A stretch of DNA of 64,000 nucleotides from the human T2T-CHM13v2.0 reference genome, Homo sapiens. Positions 41,964 to 54,849 of the stretch are shown piece after piece. The notes under the pieces are model-generated. The model made no database searches and had not been told where the DNA came from. It worked only from the letters and a program-made list of their open reading frames with translations. The number at the start of each line of letters is the position of its first letter. Within the stretch, counting starts at the first letter, position 1. Made by a program: the position numbers and the translations under genes. Location: the NCBI RefSeq assembly GCF_009914755.1, contig NC_060927.1, one strand, 5' to 3'.

Positions 41964-43530
41964 TCAGCCTAACAGGGGGAGATGTCACGTGACACCCACC
42001 AGACTGGCAAAAATCCCACAACCCAATCCATGCAAGAGTTAGGGAGAATGGAGAGTAGCAGGAACACCAGGCACTGCTAAGAACGGTTGTGAAATATATT
42101 TTTGTTATGCTTCTATATGAAAGGGTGTGTGTTGTGGGTTATGAGAAAAATTACATTTCTTACCTGGGATGAAATTTTAAACATTGGAAGCTATTGACCA
42201 GAAGAAACTTGCACTTTTGTACAAAAGAAATACCCAAGAACATTCCTAACAAAACAGAGTCCTAAAGGCCCCAACCTGGCCAAACACTCATCAACAGGGA
42301 AATGAAGACATTTCCCATGCTCCTCTCATATGACCGGAGATCATGCAGCAATAAAAATGAATCATGTCAATGTGGGTGGGTCTCAGGAAGAGAATGGAGG
42401 ACAAAAATAGACATCGAGCAGATGCTCAGAGCCATGCAGTGTAGGAGCAGCCACACAGGAGAATTTCTCACATCAAAGTTCAAAACTACAGCCAAGGCAA
42501 CAGAGCAAGACCCTGTCTCAAAAAGACAATGGAAAGTTCCAAAACTAAATGGCATATTTTTTAGGGATGTACACATAAGTGGTGGAAGAAATGTACTATG
42601 AAGAAAAATATGGGAATAATAAAGACTAAAAGAGGAATTGATTCCCTCTGTAGGAGAAGGGAAGGGGCTAGGGCTCAGGCAGGGCCTCCGGGGAGCATCC
42701 AAAGTTATGTCTCTTCAGATTCTATTCCCTAAACTTGGTGGAGGTCCTCTGTGTCCAATGTGTCTGTATTCTTTATACCTTACCCATATTGTACAAATGC
42801 TTTATTTCTATTCAACATTTAGAAGACAATCATAAACAAAATGCATTAAATAGCAAGATGGCAAATGAACCTCAGGAAGGAACATCAGGAACATTCATGA
42901 GGTTCCATCCACGGAACCTCACCATGGATACGCTTGTGATCAAGGGCCTTGTCTCCCCTCAAGACAGTCACAGATCAGAGGCTGCCCTCATCATAGCAGT
43001 GGAACAGGACCAGCTGGGACAGGGTCCTTCTGTGACACCTGCTGTGTCACCAGGCTGTGCGAATGGACTCAGCTGCCAGAACTCACAGAATATCAGTAAC
43101 AGCACCGAAACTTCACAGGAAAAATGGTAAGTTGTAAGTTTCTCCATTAATAGTAACTCTCAGATTAGTCTATGTCATCCATCGCTTCTCCATTAAATAA
43201 CTTTTTATAGCTTTACATGGGTCGATTTTTCAATTTATATTTTATTTTACTAACTGAATGAAAAGATATATATTGTGTGTGGTGTGTGATTTTGTCTCAG
43301 TCAGGATAATCATAGTTTAATTTCTATTATTATTATACCAATATCATTTAGTTTTTTTAAGCTGTTCAATTCCTGAGGGTATTAATCAGGGTCTTTCTGT
43401 CTCATGAGACAAAAAACAAATCCAAACTGTGTAAGAGAAAGAAGAATGCATTGATCACGAGGACTGAGAAGCTCCCAGGCTTAACTTGCTTGGGATTCAG
43501 CTACATGTACAGTTTCAAGTGGTGTCCTGT

Positions 43531-43533
<3 letters not shown>

Positions 43534-43571
<38 letters not shown>
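43534..43571. repeat. (CT)n microsatellite
   Basis: Read directly from the sequence. Confidence 0.95.
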
Positions 43572-43574
<3 letters not shown>

Positions 43575-43575
<1 letters not shown>

Positions 43576-46500
43576 CCCCAACATCTGCTCCATGTTTAGC
43601 TCCACGAACTTCAGACTTAAAAAGCATCACTGGCTCCTGACCAGGATTCCAGCTCCATGAACCTCAAACTAGAACACCAGCCCGGCTTCTCTGCAGGTCT
43701 CCAGCTCCAAAACCTAAGACATCAGTGGCAGTACAAACTCATCCCAGGGGCTCCAGCTCCAGGACCCTCAGACTTGAACCGCAGCACCAACTCTTCCCTG
43801 GATCTCCATCTCCATGACCCTCAGACTTAAACAGCAGCAGCACCAGTTCATCTGTGAATCTCCAGCTCCACAACCCTCCAACTAGAAACACACCAGCTCC
43901 TCCCTGGGTCTCCAGCTGCACGACCCTCAAACTACAACATCAGCTCCTCCCCGGGTCTCTAACTCCATGACCCTCAAACTAAAACAACACTGCTCACCCC
44001 TGGGACTCCAGATCCACAAACCTTACACTAGAACAGAAACACCAGCTCCTCCACAGATCTCCAGCTTTACAATCTAAGACATTAGTGGCAGCACCATCTC
44101 CTCCTGGGGTCTCAAGCTCCAGGACCCTCAGACCTGAATCGCAGCACCAGCTCTTCCCCGGATCTCCAGCTTGACGACCTTCAGACTTAAACAACAAAAG
44201 AATCAGCTCCTCCCTGGGTCTCCAGCACCACAACCCACAAACTAGAAGAACACCACTCCCCCATGGATCTCCAGATCCATGACCCTCACACTAGAACACC
44301 AACACCTGCTCCTCCGTGGGTCTCCAGATCCACGAACCTCACACTGGAACACCAACACTGGCTCCTCTGCGGGTCTTCAGCTCCACAACCTAAGACATCA
44401 GTGGCAGCATTGGCTCCTCCCATGGATTCCAGCTCCAAGACCCTCACATTTAAACTGCAAGACCACCTTCTCCCTGTATCTCCAGCTGCACAACCCTCAA
44501 ACTAGAACATCAGCTCCTCCAATGGTCTTCAGCTGCACGAAACTCAAACTAGAAAAACAACAGCTCCTCCCTGGGTCTCCAGCTCTGCAACCATCAAACT
44601 AGAACACCATCAGCTCCTCTCCAGGTCTCCAGCTCCACAGCTCTCAAATAAGAGCAACATCAGCTTCTCCCTGGGTCTCCAGCTGCACAACCCTCAAACT
44701 AGAAAAACACCAGCTCCTGCCTGGGTCTCCAAGCTCCATGACCCTCAAACTCGAACAACATCAGCTCCTCCCCACGTCTCCAGCTGCATGACCCTCAATC
44801 TAGAAAAACAGCAGCAAACTAATAAAACCTCCCCGGGTGTTTCTAGTTTGAGGGTCATGCAGCTGGACACCTGGGAAGGAGCTGATTTTAATCTAGTTTG
44901 AGCATCGTGGAGCTGGACACTCAGGGAGGAGCAGATGTTTTTCTATTGTGAGGATTTTGGAGCTGGAGATCCAGGGTGGAGCAGTGTTGTTATAGTTTGA
45001 GGTCATCTGAGGGTCAGCTGCATGACCCTTAAGCCAGAAAAACACCATTTTCCCCCTGGGACTCCAGCTCCACAAACCTCACACTAAAACAGCAACACCG
45101 GCTCCTTCGCAGGTCTCCAGCTTTACAACCTAAGACATTCGTGGCAGCACCATCTCCTCCTGGGGTCTCAAGCTCCAGGACCCTCAGACTTGAACCGCAG
45201 CACCAGCTCTTCCCCGGATCTCCAGCTCGATGACCTTCAGACTTAAACAACAGAAGGATCGACTCCTCCCTGGGTCTCCAGCACCACGACCCTCAACTAG
45301 AACACCATGAGCTCCTCCCTGGGTCTCCAGCACCACAACCCAAAAACTAGAAGAACGTCACTCCCCCATGGATCTCCAGATCCACACCCTCACACTAGAA
45401 CACCAACACCGGCTCCTCTGTGGGTCTTCTGCTGCACAATCTAAGACATCAGTGGCAGCATTGACTCCTCCCATAGATTCCAGCTCCAGGACCCTCAGAT
45501 TTGAACCACAAGACCACCTCCTTCTTGGATCTCCAGCTGCACAACACTCAAACTAGAACAACATCAGCTCCACCCCGGGTCTCCAGCTCCATTACACTCA
45601 AATTAGAACAACATCAGCTCCTCTTTGAGTCTCCAGCTGAAAGATCGTAAAACAAGGACAACATCAGCTCCTTCCCGAGTCTTCAGCTGCAGGGCACTCA
45701 AACTAGAACATCAGCTCCTCCCCCCGTCTTCAGCTGCACGACCTTCAGACTAGAACATCAGCAACTCTCCTGGTCTCCAGCTGCAGGATACTCATATTAG
45801 AAAAACGCCAGCTCCTCCCGGGTTCTACAGCTGCATGACCCTCAAACTAAAAAACACCCGCTGCTCCCCAGGTCTCCAGCTGCATGAACCTCAAACTAGA
45901 ACAACATCAGCTCCTCCCCGGGTCTTCAGTTGCCTGACCCTCAAACTAGAACAACATCAGCTCCTCTCCAAGTCCCCAGATCACGGCCCTCAAACTAGAA
46001 CATTAGCTCCTTCCCGAGTCTTCAGCTGCACCACCCTCAACCTAGAACATCGGCTCCTCTCTGGGTCTCTAGCTGCTGGACACTCATACTAGAAAAACAC
46101 AAGCTCCTCCCAGGTTCTACTGTTGCACGACCCTCAAACTAAAAAACAACCGCTCCTCCTCAGGTCTCCAGGTGCATGAACCTCAAACCAGAACAACATC
46201 AGCTCATCCCCGGGTCTTAAGCTCATGGCCCTCAAACTAGAACATCAGCTCCTCCCTGAGTCTTAAGCTGCACAACCCTCAATTGAAAGCATCAGCTCTT
46301 CTCCAGGTCTTCAGCTGCAGGACACTCACACTAGAAAAATGCAAGCTCCTCATGGGTTCTACAGCTGTATGACCCTCAAACTAAAGAAACACCAGCTCCT
46401 CTCTGGGTCTCCAGCTCCATGACCCTCAAACTAGAACCAAATCAGCTCCTCTTTGCATCTCCAGTCGCATGGCTCTCAAACTAGAACATCAGCTCCTCTC

Positions 46501-47360
46501 CTGGTCTCCAGCTGTAGGACACTCATACTAGAAAAACGCCAGCTCTTCCCCGGTTCTACAGCTGCATGAATCTCAAACTAAAGAAACACCCGCTCCTCTC
46601 CATGTCTCCAGCTGCATGAACCTCAAATCAGAACAACACCAGCTCCTCTCTGGGTCTCCAGCTCCATGACCCTTAAACTAGAACCACATCAGCTCCTCTC
46701 TGGGTCTCCAGCTGAAAGACCCTCAACAAGAACAACATCAGCTCCCCTCCAAGTCTTCAGCTGCACAACCCTCAAACTAGAACAACATCAGCTCCTCTCC
46801 AGGTCTCCAGCTGCAGGACACTCATACTAGAAAAACACCAGCTCCTCCCGGGTTCTACAGCTGCATGACCCTCAAACTAAAAAACACCCGCTGCTCCCCA
46901 GGTCTCCAGCTACATGAACCTCAATCTAGAACAATACCTGCTCCTCTGTGGATCTCAAGCTCCATGATCCTCAAACTAGAATAACATCAGCTCCTCTCCA
47001 GGTCTCCAGCTGCAGTATCCTCAAACGAGAACATCAGCTTCTCCCTGAGTCTTCAGCGGCACGACCCTCAAACTAGAACATCAGCTCTTCTCCAGGTCTC
47101 CAGCTGCAGGACACTCATACTAGAAAAATACCAGCTCCCCCTGGGTTCTACAGCTGCACGGCCATCAAACTAAAGAAACACCAGCTGCTCTCTGGGTCTC
47201 CAGCTGCAGGACCCTCAAACCAGAACATCAGATTCTCCCGGGTTCTGCAGCTGCCCGACCCTCAAACTAAAGAAACTCCTGCTCCTCCCAGGGTCTATAG
47301 CTGCATGACCCTCAAACTAAAAAACACCAGCTCCTCCCCAGATCTCCAGCTGCAACCCTC
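43575..47360 (+). repeat. Diverged tandem array of ~47-53-bp units, consensus about CTCCAGCTGCACGACCCTCAAACTAGAACAACATCAGCTCCTCCCCGGGT
   Basis: Recurring CTCCAGCT / CCTCAAACTAGAA / CAGCTCCTC motifs about every 50 bp over ~3.8 kb; an inverted block at ~44837-45016. Confidence 0.93.
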
Positions 47361-47581
47361 CTATTGCTCCTTTGTTTGTTACCCATATTTCTCCAACTTC
47401 TAAGAAGTTTTGTTACTACCTTGGTTCATCAGAAAACTTCAGCACAAATGTATTACATGAATGTCTTGTAATACACAAGTGTATTACATGAATCACTGTC
47501 GATCTGTCTTGCAGAAAGACCTGGGTAGTGAAGATGAGAGTGAGACCTCCCACTAGTGAATAAGGTTCTCAAATGGGGGAA
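47361..47581 (+). pseudogene. env: Second HERV-E env 3' tail plus polypurine tract
   Basis: Homologous to ~39260-39427 (TGTTACCCATATTTCT...GAAGACCTGGGT...CTCCCACTAGTGA...GGTTCTCAAA-TGGGGGAA) but with different indels. Confidence 0.9.
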
Positions 47582-47821
47582 TGAAGAGAGAGGTTAAAGA
47601 TTAGCCCCCCTCTAATCACATATGCTATCTCTGAATGTCAATCTATCACAACCCTTTCACGTGAACCCCTTAGAGTTGTAAGTTCTTAAAAGGGCCAGGA
47701 ACTCTTTCTTCAGAGAGCTCAGTTCTTGACATGCAAGTCTGCTGATGCTCCTGGCCAAATAAAGCCACTTCCTTCTTAACCCGGTGTCTGAGTGGTTTTG
47801 TCTGTGGCTAGTCCTCCTACA
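47582..47821 (+). mobile_element. Terminal 3' LTR, 240-bp U3-deleted variant matching the 5' LTR
   Basis: TGAAGAGAGAGGTTAAAGATTA...CCTCCTACA; AATAAA at 47758-47763. Confidence 0.9.
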
Positions 47822-47969
47822 CCACCATGATTCTAACTTTCCTGAGGTTTTCTCAGAAGCCACTATGCTTCTCATACAGTCTGCAGAACCTTCAGCCAAT
47901 TAATCTTCTTTTCCCTATAAACTACCCAGTCTCAGGTATTTAATAGCAGTGAAAGAATGGACTAATACT
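47822..47969 (+). mobile_element. MSTA/MSTB LTR, 3' half
   Basis: CCACCATGATTCTAACTTTCCTGAGG...CCCAGTCTCAGGTATT...GGACTAATACT; followed by TGATT (47970-47974), matching 32456-32460. Confidence 0.87.
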
Positions 47970-50029
47970 TGATTATTCCAGCTAAACAAAATCAAAGTAG
48001 ACACCATGCCATTGTTAGCAAATTCAGGCTAAATCACCAACCAAAAATATGTGTGAATGTCTCTTGCAATATGTGTAATGCATCTTTGTGTAATATGCAT
48101 ATTTGAATACAATTTATATTTATGTTTTCTGAAGAGATAAAATCATTGGGATTCTTTTACATTCAGAATCCATGAAGGTCCTTGAACTAGAAGGTATGAT
48201 TAATTTCAAAATAAATTTGAAAATTAGTTCATAAGTCAATGGCAAAATTAACATAGGTGGGAATTAATGTTATAATTTCATATACTGCTTTCATAATTTA
48301 GCAGTTTTTCATACTGGGAAAATTATAAATAATAATAGGAAATATATTAATATAACAAATTGTATACTTCTGGCCCAATTTCTTCTTCTTTTCTGAGAAT
48401 ATATAATTACTATTTGATATAGATTTTTTATGTTAGCCATAGACAATCCTTAATTGAAAAATCATTTAGACAATCTCTCAAACTTTAAGTTAATTTTCTA
48501 TGCCACATTTTCTTAACTCATCAAAATATGCATTATATTGATTTTCAATTAATTTATTTTGAAATGAATGAAATAAAAATGTGAAAAAAGTTATCCAAAA
48601 TGAAACAACAGTATAGGATGATTAACAAGATTAACATATTAGTCAATATAAAATTCCACTGCTGTATTGCCATAGCTATGGAACTGTTGTGATATGTTCA
48701 TTCTACTAAATCCTAATATTTAAAAAAAAAAAAAAGAAAAATGACCTCCAGTACATATAGAAAATTGGTTGCTTTAGTATGCATTAACTAATTTTGAAGA
48801 AATAGCAAAGAAATGTTCAAACTTTCTTTGTTTTATTAAAACAATGCTGTATTGTGTTAGACTATTGAAAAACAAAACGAATAGGGACCTGTATTCTTTG
48901 AACTGATGAGCTTCTTGAAAATAGAATAAATACCCCTGGCATTGGACTTTTAATATGGTATTGTTTAAAGGAGCACTTTTGGCTAGCAAAATTAGAAAGG
49001 ATTTTTTATTTTTTCATCCTCTATATATGCTGTTCCTTTCTCCAGAAGACAAGCCAATGGTATGTGAAAGAGCTTTAAATTTTTCACTCAAAATAATCAC
49101 GTAGAGATAAAAAAGAACCGACCTTCTATTATATCACCGGTCTAAGAGAAACGTGCGTTTTAACTTCACCCTCAACAGAGTAAGCTCTTGTGGCCTTAGT
49201 GCTTATCATGCATTTTCAGTAGGGAAAGAAAATCACAATGAAGAACAAAACATTTTCAACTTTTAAAAACTAAAAGAGGGAAAATTTAAGGCAGAACTAA
49301 ATTAAGTAGCAATAAATTAGGGCTGGTTTAGTTGGTGGTTTCCAATAAGCTCTACAGCCACTTCCTTCACCAAGTACATGAGTGTTGCTTCAGCAATCAT
49401 TCCTTTAATTCATGTCCTTTCTCTCTCTAGAAAAACTCATATATTCATTATCCTAGGAGTATCAGGTTTGCAAAGCTGGACCAAACTAAAGACTCTTCGA
49501 GGTGCACTTTGGCTTCTTAAAAGAGCTACCAAGATTTTGGCTGAGGCATGTGACTTAAAACTCAGCAGGTATGATTGGCAAGCTATCCTGTGAAACTTGT
49601 AATCAATCACCATCGGTTTTAGTGAATTGTATTATCTTTGTTCTTGTAAACATTTTCTTTCAAGTTATCATTGCTTGTGATTGAATCATGAGCTCTTAGA
49701 TTTCTAAGGGAACAGAAAACCTATGAAACATTTGAAGCACTTTTGAAAAGAAACTTCGTGGCCAGAAACTCACCAAAACCTGAGGAAATCTTTTTTATTT
49801 TGAAATAAAAGAATGCTTCCTTTGTGTTTCTGTCCTTGAATCCAGTTGTTTTACTTGAGATTATAGCAAAGTCTTCTCTGTCTTTTATATAATGATTCTT
49901 TAATATTTGACCTATTCCTCTTCCCCCACCTCATTTATGAGTTATGTCTATTCCATCTTAAACATTCTCAGGTTCTTAACTGTATCTGCTACTGTAAATG
50001 GTAGTTTAGTTTTTGTTATTTTGATTTTT

Positions 50030-51630
50030 TTTGTTTATTTTGGTTTTTTCTAGCTTTATTGCTGTATAATTGACAAATAGAAATTGTGTGCATTTACACT
50101 GTACGAGTTGATGTGTAGCTATTCATATATGTTCTGAAATGGTTATCACAATCAAGTTAATTAACATATCTATTACTTTATGTAGTTAACTCTGTGTGTG
50201 TGTGAGTGTGTGTGTGTGTAATGAGAATATTTAACACCTACCCTATTGGCAATTATCTCCCTATTTTCCTTTCCCCCAACCCCACCCTTCTACTCTGTGC
50301 TGCTATAAATTTGACTATTTTAGATTTCACATGTAAGTGAGATTATGCAGTGTTTTTTTCCTCTGTTGGATTATTTAGCTTAGTATCATTTCCTTCTGGT
50401 TCATACTTGTTATTACAAATGGCAGGATTTCCTTCTTTTTCAAGGCTGAAAAATACTCCAATATATTTGTGTGTGTGTGTGCATGCACGTAGAATCCTTC
50501 ATGGAGTCATTTATCCATTCCTCCATTAACATTTAGGTTTCCCTGAATTGGCTATTGTGACTAATGCTGCAATACACATCGGGGTGGAGGTATCTCTTTG
50601 AGGTAGTGATTTTATTTCATTTGGATATACATCCAGAAATGAAACTGCTACATTTTATGAGTTCTAATTTTATTTTTTGAGGAATTTCCATACTGCTTTC
50701 CACGTTGACTGTATTAACTTACATTCCCACCAATAGTTTACTTGGGTTTTCTTTTCTCCACATCTTTGCTAACACTTGTTATCTTTTATCTTTTTGTTAA
50801 TAGCCATTCTAAGAAATGTGAGGTGATAACTCCTTGTGGATTTGATTTACATTTCCCTAATGCTTAGTGATATGAAACATTTGTTTCCTATACCTGTTGG
50901 CCATTTGTATGTCTTCTTTGGAGATATGTTTAGTCAGGTCCTTTGCCCATATTTTAATAGGGTTTTTCATTTTTTTCACTATGGAGTTGTATGTGTTCCT
51001 TATATATTTTAGATATGAACCCCTTATTTGATGTTTTGAAAATATTTTCTCCCATTTTTCAGGTGTGTTTTTATCCTATTCATTGTTTTGTTTGATGTTC
51101 AGAAGCTTCTTAGTTTGATGTAGCCCCACTAGTCTATTTTTGCTTTTGTAGCCTGTGTATTTGGTGTCATATAAAAAAAATTGCCAAGACCAATGTCAAG
51201 GACATTTTTTTCTATGATTTATTTTACTAGTTTTACAGTTTCATGTTTTATATTTGCATATTTAATCTGTTTTGAGGTAGTTTTTGTTCAGTATATGGTA
51301 TAAAATAAGGTTTCAGTTTCACTCTTTTGCATGCGGATATTCAGATTTCCCAACATATTTTATTGAAAACAATATTCCTTCCCCACTGTGTATTCTTGGC
51401 ACCCATGTCAAAGATTAGTTGAGCATATAGGTGTGAATTTATTTATGGGTTCTCTATTCTGTTCCATTGGTCTGTGTGTCTGCTTTTATGCCAGTACAAT
51501 ACTGTTTTGATTACTATAGTTATGTAATACAGTTTGAAACCATGAAGTAGGATGCCTCCAGCATTTTTTTCCTTGCTCAAGATTGGTTTGACTATTCAGG
51601 ATTTCTTATGTTTCAGTATAAATTTTGGTT
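50030..51630 (-). mobile_element. L1MA (about L1MA8-10) 3' part
   Basis: CTAGCTTTATTG...AATTGACAAATAGAAATTG, ACAAATGGCAGGATTTCCTTCTTTTT, GCCAAGACCAATGTCAAGG. Confidence 0.8.
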
Positions 51631-52094
51631 TCCAAATCCAAATACTGTTTAATATAGTGAACAAATCTTTGTTTTCTTTCTGAAACCATCTTTCCAATAT
51701 ATCTCAGAAGTCAGTGGTCTTAATGAATTGGTGCCACCATCTTTCCTTGCTACTCAAATATGTGTTACATAAATTTGAAAATTATTTGAAAGAAAATGGC
51801 CAAATATATCTCCTTCATATTTCTCCTTCATGTGTTTTTTTATCCTGAAAATAAAACTGCAAGAGGGAAAAAACAAGGAACAAGCAACAATAAAGAAAAA
51901 AAAAGAAGTAGAGACTAGGTAACTAAGAGCAAGATAAAAAGGTGAGTTTTTTCACTGGAGGATTGGATGAAAGAACTAATTAATTTGTCTCTCAGTTTGA
52001 GCTTTTCAAGAGTTCTTTATAAGTCCTTCATACTGTGACATGATCTGTTAGCCATTTTCACTGTGGTCCCCATTCCAGAAGCATTTTACTCTCT

Positions 52095-52421
52095 CTCTCT
52101 CTCTCTTTTTTTTCTTTTTTGGCGGGAATGGGGGATGGGAGTAGGGGAATGGAGCCTCACTCTGTAGCCAGGCTGGAGTGCAGTTGCTGATCTCAGCTTA
52201 CTGCAAGCTCCACCTCCTGGGTTCAAGCGATTCTCCTGCCTCAGCCTACCGAGTAGCTGGGACTACAGGCACGTGCCACCACTCCCAGCTAGTTTTTGTA
52301 TTTTTAGTAGAGATGGGGTTTTACCATGTTGGCAGGATGGTCTCCATCTCTTGACCTCATGATCCGCCCTCATTGGCCTCCCAAAGTGCTGGGATTACAG
52401 GCGTGAGCCACCGCGCCTGGC
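52095..52421 (-). mobile_element. AluSc with 15-bp TSD
   Basis: GGATGGTCTCCATCTCTTGACCTCATGATCC diagnostic; TSD AGCATTTTACTCTCT at 52080-52094 and 52422-52436. Confidence 0.9.
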
Positions 52422-54849
52422 AGCATTTTACTCTCTTTCACATACTTTCTTATATTTATCCTTAGTTTTTTGAAAATATAAGAGTGACATTATAAGGAAA
52501 ACTTAAATTGTGAGTAGCTCCTAGTAGAAATGGCCTCCTACTTGACTTTTCTCTCCTGTTTTGCCTCAAATCATTCTTCCTGGTTAATTGAGTATGATTT
52601 CTAACATGAAGAAACTTGACTTCTGGCTATTAGCAAAAAACGGAAATTTTTTCTCTATTGTTATATTATCATATGGCTTCAGCTCATGGCAACACATTTT
52701 CACTTTAGTCAATTCTAACAGCATTTGGATTTAGCAGTGAAATTGTTTGCATCTTTCATTGATAATTTTTTCCAAAGCAGTGTAAAATAAAATGTGGTTT
52801 TGATCTGGAATCACTTTTTCCTACATGCACATGCACACCCACCCACACACACATTATTAGGTGCTCACATCCTTACAATGGCACAAACAACTTTGCACTG
52901 AACCCTTTACTAGTCACTTACACTTCTCTTGACTTGAATATTCTGCTTATTTATCAGTGTAATGGTTTTTATCCAAATAAAGTAAAACAATAGAATTCAG
53001 GCCAATTAGCCTTTATATCCTTGTTGAAAATATTTAATATTACAAATAATTTTGTTTTTATTTAGTCCTCTTTAAATTTGTCTTTCACTGTATAAGACAG
53101 GCAATATATTCATGTTTATCATGTCAAAAAACTGAATCAAATGTTAAAGTGCTTTAAGAAAGCAACAGTATGAAAGCTGATCAAGCCCACTGTGGTCTGC
53201 ATCTTCTTTATATGATATACTGCCGTTCAGAATTTTGGAGATGTTATTAAAAAATCAAATTTTTGAGGTCATTGATGGCATAGCATGTATTACATTCTTT
53301 ATCTCTTCAGTTACTAGAACTAAAACACTAGATCGATTTTATATGTATGTATGAATTGATAATCTCAAATTTTTACATTTTTAATTTAAATATTTACATG
53401 TTTAAATTTTCATCTCTTTTCTGCTTTTTTTCCCAAAATATATTGTGTTCCTTAGTTCTATGTTTATATTTAGGAATGAATAATTGAACAAACTAATTTA
53501 GGCAGCTTGAGTGGATGTCCTCTTCACATACTTGCCTCTACCCCAGAACATGAGAAGTAACTGTCAGTAATTATTGGCAAGTATTAGTTTTCAGAGATGT
53601 GAGCAAGGAATGGACATGCCCTATCTCCAGCCTACGTGTATCCTCAATTAAAAATGATTTGGATTCTGTTCCATGTCTCCATGCCCACTCTTGGATCCCC
53701 AATTTTGGGCAGTCAGATCGATCAATTTCTTTAGAATATATTAATCTGGACTCAGCATGAAAGAAAATACCCCATTGCAAATATGGCTTGGAAGGCAGAA
53801 TAGTTTATCTAATTTATATACCCATCTTCTCAAATCTGAGATCTCTGTAAATACCAACTTCCAAGGACTCTTTTGTGAAGAGCAGCTTTCTCCTTCACTG
53901 ACTCCTTTTTCTGCTAAGTCTGTGAGCATTTCAGTTCATTCCTAAATGTGATATCATTTGCCTTCCTACTGCAAGGAATGTCTTTGTCTCCTGGTATCTT
54001 CCTTTTCTCCTATTCTTAATAGATTTATGAATTATTCTCTATTTTAATGTCTTGTGGTTACGGGAATCTCATGGAAGTTGACACATTTCTCAATATGTGT
54101 TATATGTTGGATCCCATCACATTGCTCAATTTGCATTTCATAATTGTGTCTTTGGTACTTGTTCATCTTCATTGTGTTCCTAGCAAGCAAAACCATCCCC
54201 TTAGCCTAACATCACTGTAACATAAATAAGCACTCCCCTAGTTTCTATGCATCCCCAAAATAAATTCAGCTTCATGTAAATATGACTATTGATAAAGATG
54301 TCCACTTATTGAATACACTTATCAAAAGATTTTTCTGGTGTAACATGGATATAATTTCTGTCTTAAGAACTCTAATTCTAAAGAAACCTGTGTATGGATT
54401 TCACCTTTAGGCCTTAGTTTAAACTTATTTAAATTTGTCTTCATAGATCTTACCCTCTCAAGCTATTCTGTTTTATGACAAAGACCAACACTAAGGTTTT
54501 TTATATTTATATATGTGAACTGAAATAACGTTCTAAAATATTTTAAATCCTACAAATTAGTTTCTTTCATTAAACAGAATCCTTTCTTTGTGTTGGACAT
54601 TAATTCAGTGTTAATGTGAATATAATTGTCATGGATTAATATTAAATATTTGCCAATATCTCCCTTTACAACAGGATTTTTTATTAAAGTGTGTGGATGT
54701 CTTTTTTTCTTTATAATGTCTTAAAAAGAAGAAAACTTTGGTCATACTATAAAAGTTGAGTCTGATAATGTTTTATTATCTGGGAAACCATTTAAAAATA
54801 GTTTCATTGTTATTAAAATGACATCTGGATTACATGTGAATAATTATTA

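Noticed and set aside
43575-47360. CRISPR-like or coding interpretation of the ~50-bp array (and of the 58-bp array)
   Set aside because: Units are head-to-tail with no unique spacers, there are no cas genes and the context is primate; variable unit length and frequent TAG/TAA break reading frames.
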